Part shown: piece by piece, positions 1 to 7,991 of the stretch | Position numbering within the stretch: position 1 is the first letter of the stretch | Layout: every line of letters starts with the position of its first letter | Assembly (NCBI GenBank): GCA_000438355.1 | Contig: FR901477.1 | Location: 144 to 43,339, forward strand | Source: Clostridium sp. CAG:273 | GTDB lineage: Bacteria > Bacillota > Clostridia > TANB77 > CAG-508 | Reading direction: 5' to 3' | DNA length: 43,196 bases | Translations under genes and position numbers: made by a program | The notes under the pieces: generated by a model | Seen by the model: the letters and a program-made list of their open reading frames with translations, nothing else | Databases searched by the model: none | Told to the model about the DNA's origin: nothing

Positions 1-708
1 ATATTCATTTTTGAAAACCTCCATAAAATTGTTTTTATATTTTGGACCTATGTAACATTTTGTATCTTGGCTATTATTAAGATAAATAGTATTTGTTTTT
101 ATATCAATATTTGTTATTTTATCTGTATTGACGATATAAGATTTATGACAGCGCACAAAATTTTGAGGCAAGTTTGTTGAGACTTTAAGAAATGAACTAT
201 AAGAGTTGTAATCTCTAGTGTCTGTATGAAATATAATTTTCATGCCTTCTTTTTTTATATACTGTACAGTGTCTTGTTTTATAATTGTTTTATTATTATC
301 AAGTCTTATATATGTATGGCTGTTACCATGTATGTCTTCTATTAATCTTAAGATAGTATCTTCTAGTCTTTCTTTTGTAATAGGTTTTGGTAAGTAATCA
401 AAAGTTTTATACTTGTAAGCTACTAAGCCATATTCTAAGTGTGCCGTAGAAAATATAAGATAAATACTTTTATCTTTTTTTCTAATTTGTTCTGCAATGT
501 CTAATCCAGAGATATGAGATTTTAAGTCAATATCAAGAATAAGAACATTAGCAGAGTTTTCATCTAGATATTTTATTAATTCTTTAGGATTAGTTGTTTT
601 ATATGAAATACAAGCCTCAATATCATGTTTTGCGAAAATAGATTCTAAAATTTTGCTTAATCTATCTATGATAGTAGAATTGTCATCGCATAAAACAAAA
701 TTTAACAT
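1..708 (-). CDS. LytTR/AgrA-family two-component response regulator (C-terminal end runs off the window)
   Basis: My own reverse-complement translation from the ATG at 706-708 is open all the way to base 1 (236 codons). A GGAGGG SD lies at 717-722 on the minus strand. The N-terminal half reads MLNFVLCDDNSTIIDRLSKILESIF...LILDIDLKSHISGLDIAEQIRK...FDYLPKPITKERLE (receiver domain). The C-terminal half reads ...NFVRCHKSYIVNTDKITNID (LytTR DNA-binding signature). It is missing from the ORF track because there is no stop inside the window. Confidence 0.85.
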   Translation of the reverse strand, partial: MLNFVLCDDNSTIIDRLSKILESIFAKHDIEACISYKTTNPKELIKYLDENSANVLILDIDLKSHISGLDIAEQIRKKDKSIYLIFSTAHLEYGLVAYKYKTFDYLPKPITKERLEDTILRLIEDIHGNSHTYIRLDNNKTIIKQDTVQYIKKEGMKIIFHTDTRDYNSYSSFLKVSTNLPQNFVRCHKSYIVNTDKITNIDIKTNTIYLNNSQDTKCYIGPKYKNNFMEVFKNEY

Positions 709-1127
709 AAATTTTACCCTCCGTTTAATATAACAAAAAAATATAAAAATAGGCACAAAAAAATATACAAGAAAATACAAGAAAATAATTTCCAATAATA
801 TCCAGTAACTATTTAACTATAATCTAAAATTTTAAACTTGTCAAGGAAATTAACGAAATAAATACAAAAAAATGTCGAAACGTGACAAGTACTGAAAAAT
901 AAAGAAATATTAATCTCAAAATAATTAAAGAAAGTAAAATATTTATAATTTTTTTTGTAATTTTTTTAATAATTTTTTTATTATTGCACTTTTGAAATGT
1001 TTTTTAAGTGCAATAAACTTAAAGGTAAAATTTTACAAAAAATAGCGGTTAAATTTTTCCTATAATGGTTATTTTTCTGTTTTTACTTTCATAAACTTAA
1101 ACAAAAAGTTAAAAGTAGGAGGTTATA

Positions 1128-1940
1128 ATGAAACAAAAAAATATAAGACTTTTTATAATGTTTGCTACATGTTTTATATTTGTTTTTACTATTGCAGTTG
1201 TAAATGAAAATAAAATACAAGTAATAGAAACAAGTTCAGCACTTTCTCTTAGTAATGAAAAAATAGGTTGGGGAATAAAGAGAAACAATAACCACGAACA
1301 ACCGGATTTAGGAGTAAAAAATAAAACGATAATAGATAAATATAATGGTATAGCTATGGGAAATAAAGAAAAGCCATATGTTTATTTAACATTTGATGGT
1401 GGATATGAGGCAGGTTATACTGAAAAAATATTAGAAGTACTAAAACAAAATGATGTAAAAGCTACTTTTTTTATAACAGGTCACTATTTAAATACACAAC
1501 CAGATTTAGTTAAGAAAATGATAGACGAAGGGCATATTGTGGGAAACCATACTGTAAACCATAAAAGTATGCCAGATATAGATAATAATACAATAAAAAA
1601 GGAAGTAATGGATTTACATACAGCAGTATATGAAAAATTTGGATATGAAATGAAATATGTAAGGCCACCAAAAGGAGAATATAGTGAAAGAACAATAGAC
1701 TGTACAAATAGTTTAGGATATAAAACAGTAATGTGGTCTTTTGCATATGATGACTGGGACGAAAATAAACAAGGAAAAGAAGAATATGGTAAAAAGAAAA
1801 TATTAGATAATATACACAATGGAGAGATTATGTTGTTACATTCAACATCTAAAGATAATAGTAATATTTTAGATTATTGTATAAAAGAAATTAAGAATAT
1901 GGGGTATGAATTTAAAAGTTTAGACGAATTTGAAGAATAG
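1128..1940 (+). CDS. pdaA: delta-lactam-biosynthetic de-N-acetylase / polysaccharide deacetylase (spore cortex)
   Basis: AGGAGG SD lies 6 nt upstream. There is an N-terminal membrane anchor. NodB-type motifs are present: YLTFDGGYEAGYT, ATFFITGHY, GHIVGNHTVNH, YVRPPKGEYSE, MLLHS. Confidence 0.8.
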   Translation: MKQKNIRLFIMFATCFIFVFTIAVVNENKIQVIETSSALSLSNEKIGWGIKRNNNHEQPDLGVKNKTIIDKYNGIAMGNKEKPYVYLTFDGGYEAGYTEKILEVLKQNDVKATFFITGHYLNTQPDLVKKMIDEGHIVGNHTVNHKSMPDIDNNTIKKEVMDLHTAVYEKFGYEMKYVRPPKGEYSERTIDCTNSLGYKTVMWSFAYDDWDENKQGKEEYGKKKILDNIHNGEIMLLHSTSKDNSNILDYCIKEIKNMGYEFKSLDEFEE

Positions 1941-1950
1941 AAGTATAGAA

Positions 1951-1983
1951 GGTTTATAGGCATCCTTTTAAAAACCTAAATAT
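1951..1983 (+). repeat. Copy A of a short repeated stem-loop element (GGTTTATAGG-N10-AAAACCTAAATAT)
   Basis: Lies 11 nt after the pdaA stop. The outer arms GGTTT/AAACC and the inner GG-cat-CC can pair. A near-identical element occurs at 6088-6118. Confidence 0.5.
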
Positions 1984-2041
1984 ATTAATTTAAGGAGCAT
2001 TGAGGTATTTAAAATATAAATGCTTCATATAAATTTGTTAT

Positions 2042-2341
2042 ATGAAAAGAAATAAGAAAAAAGGCGTAAGTAAATTAGATAGATTATTAGAATTGCCAGA
2101 TGAATTAATTTCTAATGAGCCTAAAATAACAATAATGGCATTTAACAAGTGCTTAATAGAAAATTATAAATCTATTTTAGAATATCAAGAGTTTTACATT
2201 AGACTAAGTACTTATATAGGAATTATAAATATAAATGGTTTTAATATGCAATTAAATGAAATGACAAATGATGATTTATTAATAGAAGGAAAAATTGAGA
2301 GTATAGATTTTGAGAGTACAATAGAAAACAAGGAGGAATAA
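2042..2341 (+). CDS. yqfC: sporulation protein YqfC
   Basis: 99 aa. The pattern LELPDELISNEPKITIMAFNKCLIENYKSILEYQEFYIRL is typical of the YqfC family. It sits immediately upstream of yqfD. Confidence 0.8.
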   Translation: MKRNKKKGVSKLDRLLELPDELISNEPKITIMAFNKCLIENYKSILEYQEFYIRLSTYIGIININGFNMQLNEMTNDDLLIEGKIESIDFESTIENKEE

Positions 2342-2343
2342 CT

Positions 2344-3528
2344 TTGCGTTTTAAGATATTACTTGCTTATATTTTTGGATATTTAGAGATAAAAGTAGAA
2401 GGATATTTTATAGAAAAATTTATAAATAATTGCTTAAAAAGTAATATTTTTTTATGGAATATAAAAAGAAAAAGAACTACTATAATGACATGTAATATAG
2501 GAGTAAAAGATTTTAAAAATATAAGAAAAATATTAAAGCAAACAAAATGTAGAATAAAAATAGAAAAGAAAAAAGGTCTACCATTTACATTTAATAAATA
2601 TAGAAAAAGAAAAATTTTTGCTTTGTTAATATTTATAATTTTAATAATAATTGCAATATTATCAAATTTTGTATGGAATATACAAATAGAAGGAACAGAA
2701 AAAATAAGTAAAGATGAATTAATACAAACTTTAAAAGAAGAAGGATTATCTATAGGTAAGTTTAAACCAGGAATAGAAACTAGAGAAATTATAAATAAAG
2801 TAAGATTAGATAGAGATGATATAGCGTGGATTGGAATTGAAATTACTGGAACAAATGCAATTGTTAAAGTGGTGGAAGCCGAGGAAAAGCCAGAAATTGT
2901 AGATGAAGATGAGTATTGTAATATTGTTGCAACAAAAGATGGAGTTGTAACTAAGATAATGGCGCAAAATGGTACACCCCTAGTAAAAAATGGAGATTTA
3001 ATAAAAAAAGGTACAGTGCTAATAGGTGGATGGCTTGAGGGAAAATATACAGGAACTCGTTATGTGCATTCAAATGGGCAAGTTGAGGCAAAAGTTTGGT
3101 ATACACAAAAAGAAAGAGTATATTTAAAAGAGACTAAAAAGGAAGATACAGGAGAGGCCCAAAATAAATATTCCGTAAATATAAATAATTTTATAATAAA
3201 TTTTAATAAAAGGGTTTCAAAATTCGAAAATTATGATACAATAGAAGAGGCTAAAAAAATAAAGTTATTTTCTAATTTTTACTTACCAATAGAATTAGTA
3301 AAAACTACTTATAAAGAGTACAAAGTTGTAGAAATAGTACATACTTTAGAAGAAGCTAAAACAATTGGTATTGAAAGGGCAAAAGACAAATTAAATGCGC
3401 AAATAGAAAATACTAGCAATATAACCGATGAACAAATTAACATAAAAGAAGGAACAAATTTTATTGATGTAGAAGTTGTTTACGAAGTAAAAGAAAATAT
3501 AGGGACAAAAGAAAAAATAGTATTTTGA
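2344..3528 (+). CDS. yqfD: sporulation protein YqfD (stage IV-like)
   Basis: TTG start 7 nt after an AGGAGG. 394 aa with one central TM segment (IFALLIFIILIIIAILSNFVW). The domain layout and the position after yqfC match YqfD. Confidence 0.8.
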   Translation: MRFKILLAYIFGYLEIKVEGYFIEKFINNCLKSNIFLWNIKRKRTTIMTCNIGVKDFKNIRKILKQTKCRIKIEKKKGLPFTFNKYRKRKIFALLIFIILIIIAILSNFVWNIQIEGTEKISKDELIQTLKEEGLSIGKFKPGIETREIINKVRLDRDDIAWIGIEITGTNAIVKVVEAEEKPEIVDEDEYCNIVATKDGVVTKIMAQNGTPLVKNGDLIKKGTVLIGGWLEGKYTGTRYVHSNGQVEAKVWYTQKERVYLKETKKEDTGEAQNKYSVNINNFIINFNKRVSKFENYDTIEEAKKIKLFSNFYLPIELVKTTYKEYKVVEIVHTLEEAKTIGIERAKDKLNAQIENTSNITDEQINIKEGTNFIDVEVVYEVKENIGTKEKIVF

Positions 3529-3542
3529 AAGGAAGAGTGCAT

Positions 3543-4766
3543 ATGGAAGAAAGAAGTTTAAGAGTATACAATTCAGAGAGAACATTTTTTAATAAAATAG
3601 CAAATGGTTTAACAAAAATGTTAATACCAACTAAAATTGGAATTAATGGTTTCTTAATAACCATAAAAAGAACTAATATTTTAAAAGCATACGAAGAAGT
3701 AAAGAAAAATGTAGACATAGAAGATGATGAAAAGAAGGAAATGTTAGACAAAAAATATGAAGATATGTATGCTTTATACTTAGAAGCTATAGATAAATAC
3801 ATAATGGATTCAATTTATAAAAAGGTGAAAACAGATACTGCAAGTGATTTTGAAAAAAATGCCTTATCAAATTATTATAATATAATTCAATTAAAAGATA
3901 ATGATTATACAGAATTTAAGTATAGAAAACAAATATATTTATTAGGATTAGACTACGATAATATAGAGTCACATGGAAAACCTCAAGCAATAGAAAGGTA
4001 CAGAAATTTCTATGGAAGTGAAATGGAAACTCTATATAAAGGACTTTTAAAACATTACTCTATAAAATTGTCAGACAATTTAACAGCAGGAGATAGAGAT
4101 ACAGTTTATAATAAAATATTTAATACATTAGCAGATTATGTAGAAAATATTTTACCAATAAAAATGCAAGAAGATGGAGAAAAATATAAAGAAGTTGTAG
4201 AAGAATATAATAACTTTGACAAATTTACAATAGGAAAACTAGACCAAAATGATGTAATAGAGAAAAATTTAATTTTGATTGGAATTAGTAGAAAGTTGTT
4301 TACACACAGCCTACCACTAGTTGTAGCAGAAAGTTGTTATATCAAATTACTTAAAGATGCAAGAAATTTAATAGTAGATACAAAAATTTTGAGAAAAAAG
4401 GAAAAAGCATATTCTTTATTAATTAATATAATAGAAGAATACAATTTAAGAGTATTACTAACTAAAATTTATTGGGACAAGCCAGATCAAAGAGAGGAAT
4501 ATAAAGAATTTTCTAAAAAATATAGAGAGGTAGAAAAGTTAAGTATTATAAATAAAGAAGAATATTTAAGACAAAAACAAATATTATTCTTAAAAGCAGA
4601 TTTAAAGAAAGTATACCAAAATGAAAACCGTTATTATAAAATTATAAAGTTTTATAAAGATAAGCTTGTAGAACTAGGTGCAATGAGAAAATTAAAAAAT
4701 GGTTGTATATCTTATGGTTACTATATAAAAGTTGACAAAAAGTTAAAAAAAGTTGTTAACAAATAG
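3543..4766 (+). CDS. hypothetical protein, Lys/Glu/Tyr-rich, predicted all-helical, no TM segment, no motif I recognise
   Basis: Long ORF in the local coding style. The ATG at 3543 follows AAAGGAAGAG. The track start at 3525 is a TTG overlapping the yqfD stop. It ends 8 nt before ybeY, so it is operonic with yqfCD and ybeY. Confidence 0.7.
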   Translation: MEERSLRVYNSERTFFNKIANGLTKMLIPTKIGINGFLITIKRTNILKAYEEVKKNVDIEDDEKKEMLDKKYEDMYALYLEAIDKYIMDSIYKKVKTDTASDFEKNALSNYYNIIQLKDNDYTEFKYRKQIYLLGLDYDNIESHGKPQAIERYRNFYGSEMETLYKGLLKHYSIKLSDNLTAGDRDTVYNKIFNTLADYVENILPIKMQEDGEKYKEVVEEYNNFDKFTIGKLDQNDVIEKNLILIGISRKLFTHSLPLVVAESCYIKLLKDARNLIVDTKILRKKEKAYSLLINIIEEYNLRVLLTKIYWDKPDQREEYKEFSKKYREVEKLSIINKEEYLRQKQILFLKADLKKVYQNENRYYKIIKFYKDKLVELGAMRKLKNGCISYGYYIKVDKKLKKVVNK

Positions 4767-4774
4767 GAGGACTT

Positions 4775-5269
4775 ATGAAAATTACATCAGAAATAACTCT
4801 TAAAGGAGTAGATAAAAAAGATAGCCACGAAGACCTAATAGATAGAGTTGTAGAAAAATGTTTTGAAATAGAAAATTTAGATTCAGATAAAGTTTATGTT
4901 GCAATTACATTAACAACTCCTGAAAATATAAGAGAAATAAATAAAGAATTTAGGAACATAGATAAGGAAACAGATGTGCTATCTTTTCCTATTTTTGAAA
5001 AAAAAGACATAGATATGCTTAGAAAAAATGATGAAGTTGTAGATAAAAATATGCCACAAGATGTTCTAGGAGATATTATAATATCTGTAAAAAAAGTAGA
5101 AGAACAAGCAGAAGAATATGGACATAGTATTGAAAGAGAACTTGCATATATGATAGTACATGGTTTTTATCATTTAATGGGATATGACCATATGAATGAT
5201 GAAGATAAAAAAGCTATGAGAGAGAAAGAGGAAAAAGTTTTAGAAAGTTTAGATATAGTTAGAGAATAA
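4775..5269 (+). CDS. ybeY: rRNA maturation endoribonuclease YbeY
   Basis: AGGAGG SD. Zinc-binding motif HGFYHLMGYDH. 164 aa. Confidence 0.92.
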   Translation: MKITSEITLKGVDKKDSHEDLIDRVVEKCFEIENLDSDKVYVAITLTTPENIREINKEFRNIDKETDVLSFPIFEKKDIDMLRKNDEVVDKNMPQDVLGDIIISVKKVEEQAEEYGHSIERELAYMIVHGFYHLMGYDHMNDEDKKAMREKEEKVLESLDIVRE

Positions 5270-5286
5270 AGGGATGATAAATTGTT

Positions 5287-6081
5287 ATGAAAAAAGACAA
5301 TAATGGGGAAAAAGAAACTAAAAAAAACTCAAAAGAAACAAAAGTTAACTCAGATAAAAGAATAAAAAACAGTGGATTTATAGATGCTTGGAAAAACGCT
5401 ATAAACGGTATTATTTATGCAACAACTACACAAAGCAATATTAAAAAACAACTTATTATTGCTGTTGTAGTTGTTGTTATTAGTTTATTTTTTAATTTAT
5501 CTAAAGCAGAATTTTTATGCTTTTTATTTACAATAATATTAATTTTATTTGCAGAAATGACTAATACAGCAATAGAAACAGTTGTTGACTTATGTACAGA
5601 AGTATATCATCCAAAAGCTAAAATTGCTAAAGATGTAGCAGCAGGAGGAGTAGTAGTAACAACTATAAATGCTGTTATTGTAGCTTATTTCTTATTTTTT
5701 GATAAGCTAAGCGAAATGGGAATTGCATTTTTACAAAATATAGCTACATCACCACAACATTTGGCTTTTTCTGTAATAATTATAGTAATTATAGCAGCTT
5801 TGGCATTAATAGCATTTTCTAAAACAAACAAGCATAAAATATTTAATGATAAATTTATTCCAAGTGGTCATGCAACAATAGCTTTTGCAGCAAACACTAT
5901 TATATGGATTTCTACACAAAATCCAGTAATATTAATTTTATCACTTGTAATGGCTATATTAATTGCAGAAAGTAGAATTCAAGCGAAAGAGCATAGGCTT
6001 TCTGAGGTGATTTTTAGTGCTTGTTTGGGAACTATTTTAGTACTAGTTTTATATGGAATAGCTAGATTATTTATAGCATAG
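5287..6081 (+). CDS. dgkA: DgkA-family lipid (diacylglycerol/undecaprenol) kinase fused to a partial PAP2-type phosphatase module
   Basis: N-terminal half has the DgkA signature AEMTNTAIETVVDL...HPKAKIAKDVAAGGV. C-terminal half has PAP2 motifs C2 (PSGH) and C3 (SRIQAKEH). Motif C1 (KX6RP) is not evident. Confidence 0.75.
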   Translation: MKKDNNGEKETKKNSKETKVNSDKRIKNSGFIDAWKNAINGIIYATTTQSNIKKQLIIAVVVVVISLFFNLSKAEFLCFLFTIILILFAEMTNTAIETVVDLCTEVYHPKAKIAKDVAAGGVVVTTINAVIVAYFLFFDKLSEMGIAFLQNIATSPQHLAFSVIIIVIIAALALIAFSKTNKHKIFNDKFIPSGHATIAFAANTIIWISTQNPVILILSLVMAILIAESRIQAKEHRLSEVIFSACLGTILVLVLYGIARLFIA

Positions 6082-6087
6082 AAAATG

Positions 6088-6118
6088 GTTTATAGGTTAC
6101 CACATAAAACCTAAATAT
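6088..6118 (+). repeat. Copy B of the repeated stem-loop element (GGTTTATAGG-N8-AAAACCTAAATAT)
   Basis: Lies 7 nt after the dgkA-fusion stop. It shares the 10-nt 5' block and the 13-nt 3' block with 1951-1983. The inner stem differs but still pairs (GGT-t-ACC). Confidence 0.5.
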
Positions 6119-6164
6119 GTTATACAAGGAGAAGTATAATAATTTTATTATACGGTAAATAAGT

Positions 6165-7214
6165 ATGAAAATTAAAAGTCAAAAAGGTGGAGTGAAAGTT
6201 TTAGTAGGAATTTTAATAGTTTTAATACTTGCAGCAGGGGCTCTTTTAGCAGTAAAGTATTTAAAAGGAGATAAAACACAAGTAACTGCTAATGAAAATG
6301 TAGATGGAATGGAAGCAAATAAAGTAGAAGAAAAAAAGCCAGTTACTTTTTCTGGTAAAGATAGACCATTTGCAATAATGATAGACAACCACAAAAGTGC
6401 AATGCCACAAGCAAATTTATCAGAAGCAGAACTAGTTTATGAAATAATAGTAGAATATGGTGAAACTAGATTAATGGCAATATATAAAGGAGACAATTTA
6501 GATAAAATAGGTCCAATAAGAAGTGCTAGGCACTATTTTGTAGATTATGCATTAGAAAATGATGCTATTTATGTTCACTTTGGTGAAAGCCCACAGGCAG
6601 AAGAGGCAATAGATAAATATTTTGTTCCAGATATAAACGGAATAAATGAAAGTGAGAAATATTTTAGAAGAACAAATAGTAGATATGCTCCACATAATGT
6701 TGTAACAGATACAAAAAGTTTGTTAGACATATCTAATAAAAAAGGTTATAGAACAACATCGGATGAAGATAGTGTATTAAATTATGTTTTGGATGAAGTA
6801 AATTTAGATAATGGTCAAAGTGCTGTAAATATAACTATTCCATATTCAATTTATAATACAGTAAAATATAAATATGATAGTGAAAACAAAAATTATATTA
6901 GATATTCAAGAGACGAAAAACAAGTAGATTGGGATACTAAAGAACCAGTAACTGTAAAAAATATAATAATAGCCAAAGTAAAAAATAAAACTTTAAGTGA
7001 TGGTTCAGAAAAAGATAGACAAACAATAGATAATATAGGTATATTGGAAGGATATTATATTACAAATGGAAAAGCAATTCCTATAACTTGTGAAAAAGAA
7101 TCTGTTACTTCAAAAACTGTATATAAAGACTTAGAAGGAAATGAAATAAAAGTAAATGATGGAAATACATTTATACAAATGTGCCCAAGTGATGCAAAAC
7201 TAGCAATAGAGTAG
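6165..7214 (+). CDS. DUF3048 (YerB-like) membrane-anchored/secreted protein
   Basis: N-terminal anchor VLVGILIVLILAAGALLAV. Characteristic DRPFAIMIDNH...ELVYEIIVEYGETRLMAIY...GPIRSARHYFVDYA. Confidence 0.8.
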   Translation: MKIKSQKGGVKVLVGILIVLILAAGALLAVKYLKGDKTQVTANENVDGMEANKVEEKKPVTFSGKDRPFAIMIDNHKSAMPQANLSEAELVYEIIVEYGETRLMAIYKGDNLDKIGPIRSARHYFVDYALENDAIYVHFGESPQAEEAIDKYFVPDINGINESEKYFRRTNSRYAPHNVVTDTKSLLDISNKKGYRTTSDEDSVLNYVLDEVNLDNGQSAVNITIPYSIYNTVKYKYDSENKNYIRYSRDEKQVDWDTKEPVTVKNIIIAKVKNKTLSDGSEKDRQTIDNIGILEGYYITNGKAIPITCEKESVTSKTVYKDLEGNEIKVNDGNTFIQMCPSDAKLAIE

Positions 7215-7396
7215 AAATACATATAAAGTGATATTTGCTGAAAATAATAAACTTTAAGTTTATTATTAGTGATTATAAATTTAGAATAATTATATAAAAG
7301 TTTATATGCATAGCATTGTTAAAGTAAATAATATAATGAAAGGAGATATGATGTATTTATTTATTAAAGTAAGTAGATACATCATAAAAAATATAT

Positions 7397-7876
7397 ATGA
7401 GTTGTGTAGATGAAAAAATAATAGAAGAAACAAATAAAATACTTGAGAAATATAAAAAAGAAAAAGATAATTTAATTCCAATACTAAATGATATACAAGT
7501 TAAATTTGGATATATACCAAAAAGGTCTCAAATAGAAATTTCTAAATATTTACAAATTCCGATGGCAGAAATTTTTGGTGTTATAACTTTTTATTCAAGA
7601 TTTTCTCTTGAACCAAAAGGAAAATATAATATATCTGTATGTTTAGGTACAGCTTGCTTTGTAAAAGGTTCACAGGCAATATTTGATAGGTTAAAAGAAA
7701 GACTAAAATTAGAAGATGGCCAAACAAGTGCAGATGGAAAGTTTTCTATAGATACTACTAGATGTGTTGGAGCATGTGGCATAGCACCAGTATTTACTGT
7801 AAACAACGAAGTATATGGGCATGCAACAGTAAAGAAATTAGACGAAGTATTAGATAAATTAGAAAAAGAAGGATAG
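7397..7876 (+). CDS. hydC: NuoE-like [2Fe-2S] subunit of a multimeric [FeFe] hydrogenase (HydC/HndA type)
   Basis: Thioredoxin-like 2Fe-2S pattern: VCLGTAC...C(X)4C (TRCVGACGIAP). 159 aa. Sits upstream of the NuoF-like gene. Confidence 0.85.
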   Translation: MSCVDEKIIEETNKILEKYKKEKDNLIPILNDIQVKFGYIPKRSQIEISKYLQIPMAEIFGVITFYSRFSLEPKGKYNISVCLGTACFVKGSQAIFDRLKERLKLEDGQTSADGKFSIDTTRCVGACGIAPVFTVNNEVYGHATVKKLDEVLDKLEKEG

Positions 7877-7991
7877 TAAATACATTTTAAAATTATTTTT
7901 ATATAGAATATTAATTTTAATAAAAAGTAATATAAAAACAGTAGTAATTGTATAATTAAAACGGTTTATCATTGTTATAAGGAGGTTTTAA

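Noticed and set aside
981-1016. The 11-bp perfect hairpin upstream of pdaA considered as a terminator
   Set aside because: No T-run follows it on either strand in the right orientation, and no gene ends nearby on the plus strand. It is kept only as a possible operator within the finding on the divergent region.
1484-1819. Long antisense ORFs in the supplied track that lie inside recognised genes. They are 1484-1819, 1510-1746, 9986-10312, 11057-11479, 25379-25744, 25476-25859, 27577-27972, 32874-33110, 38303-38536, 39068-39571 and 39905-40156, plus the many other ORFs of 60-110 aa on the opposite strand.
   Set aside because: Each lies wholly inside a confidently identified gene on the other strand. 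Their products are Leu/Phe/Ser/Ile-rich, the composition expected from reading purine-rich codons backwards. None has an SD or recognisable motif. I treat them as frame artefacts.
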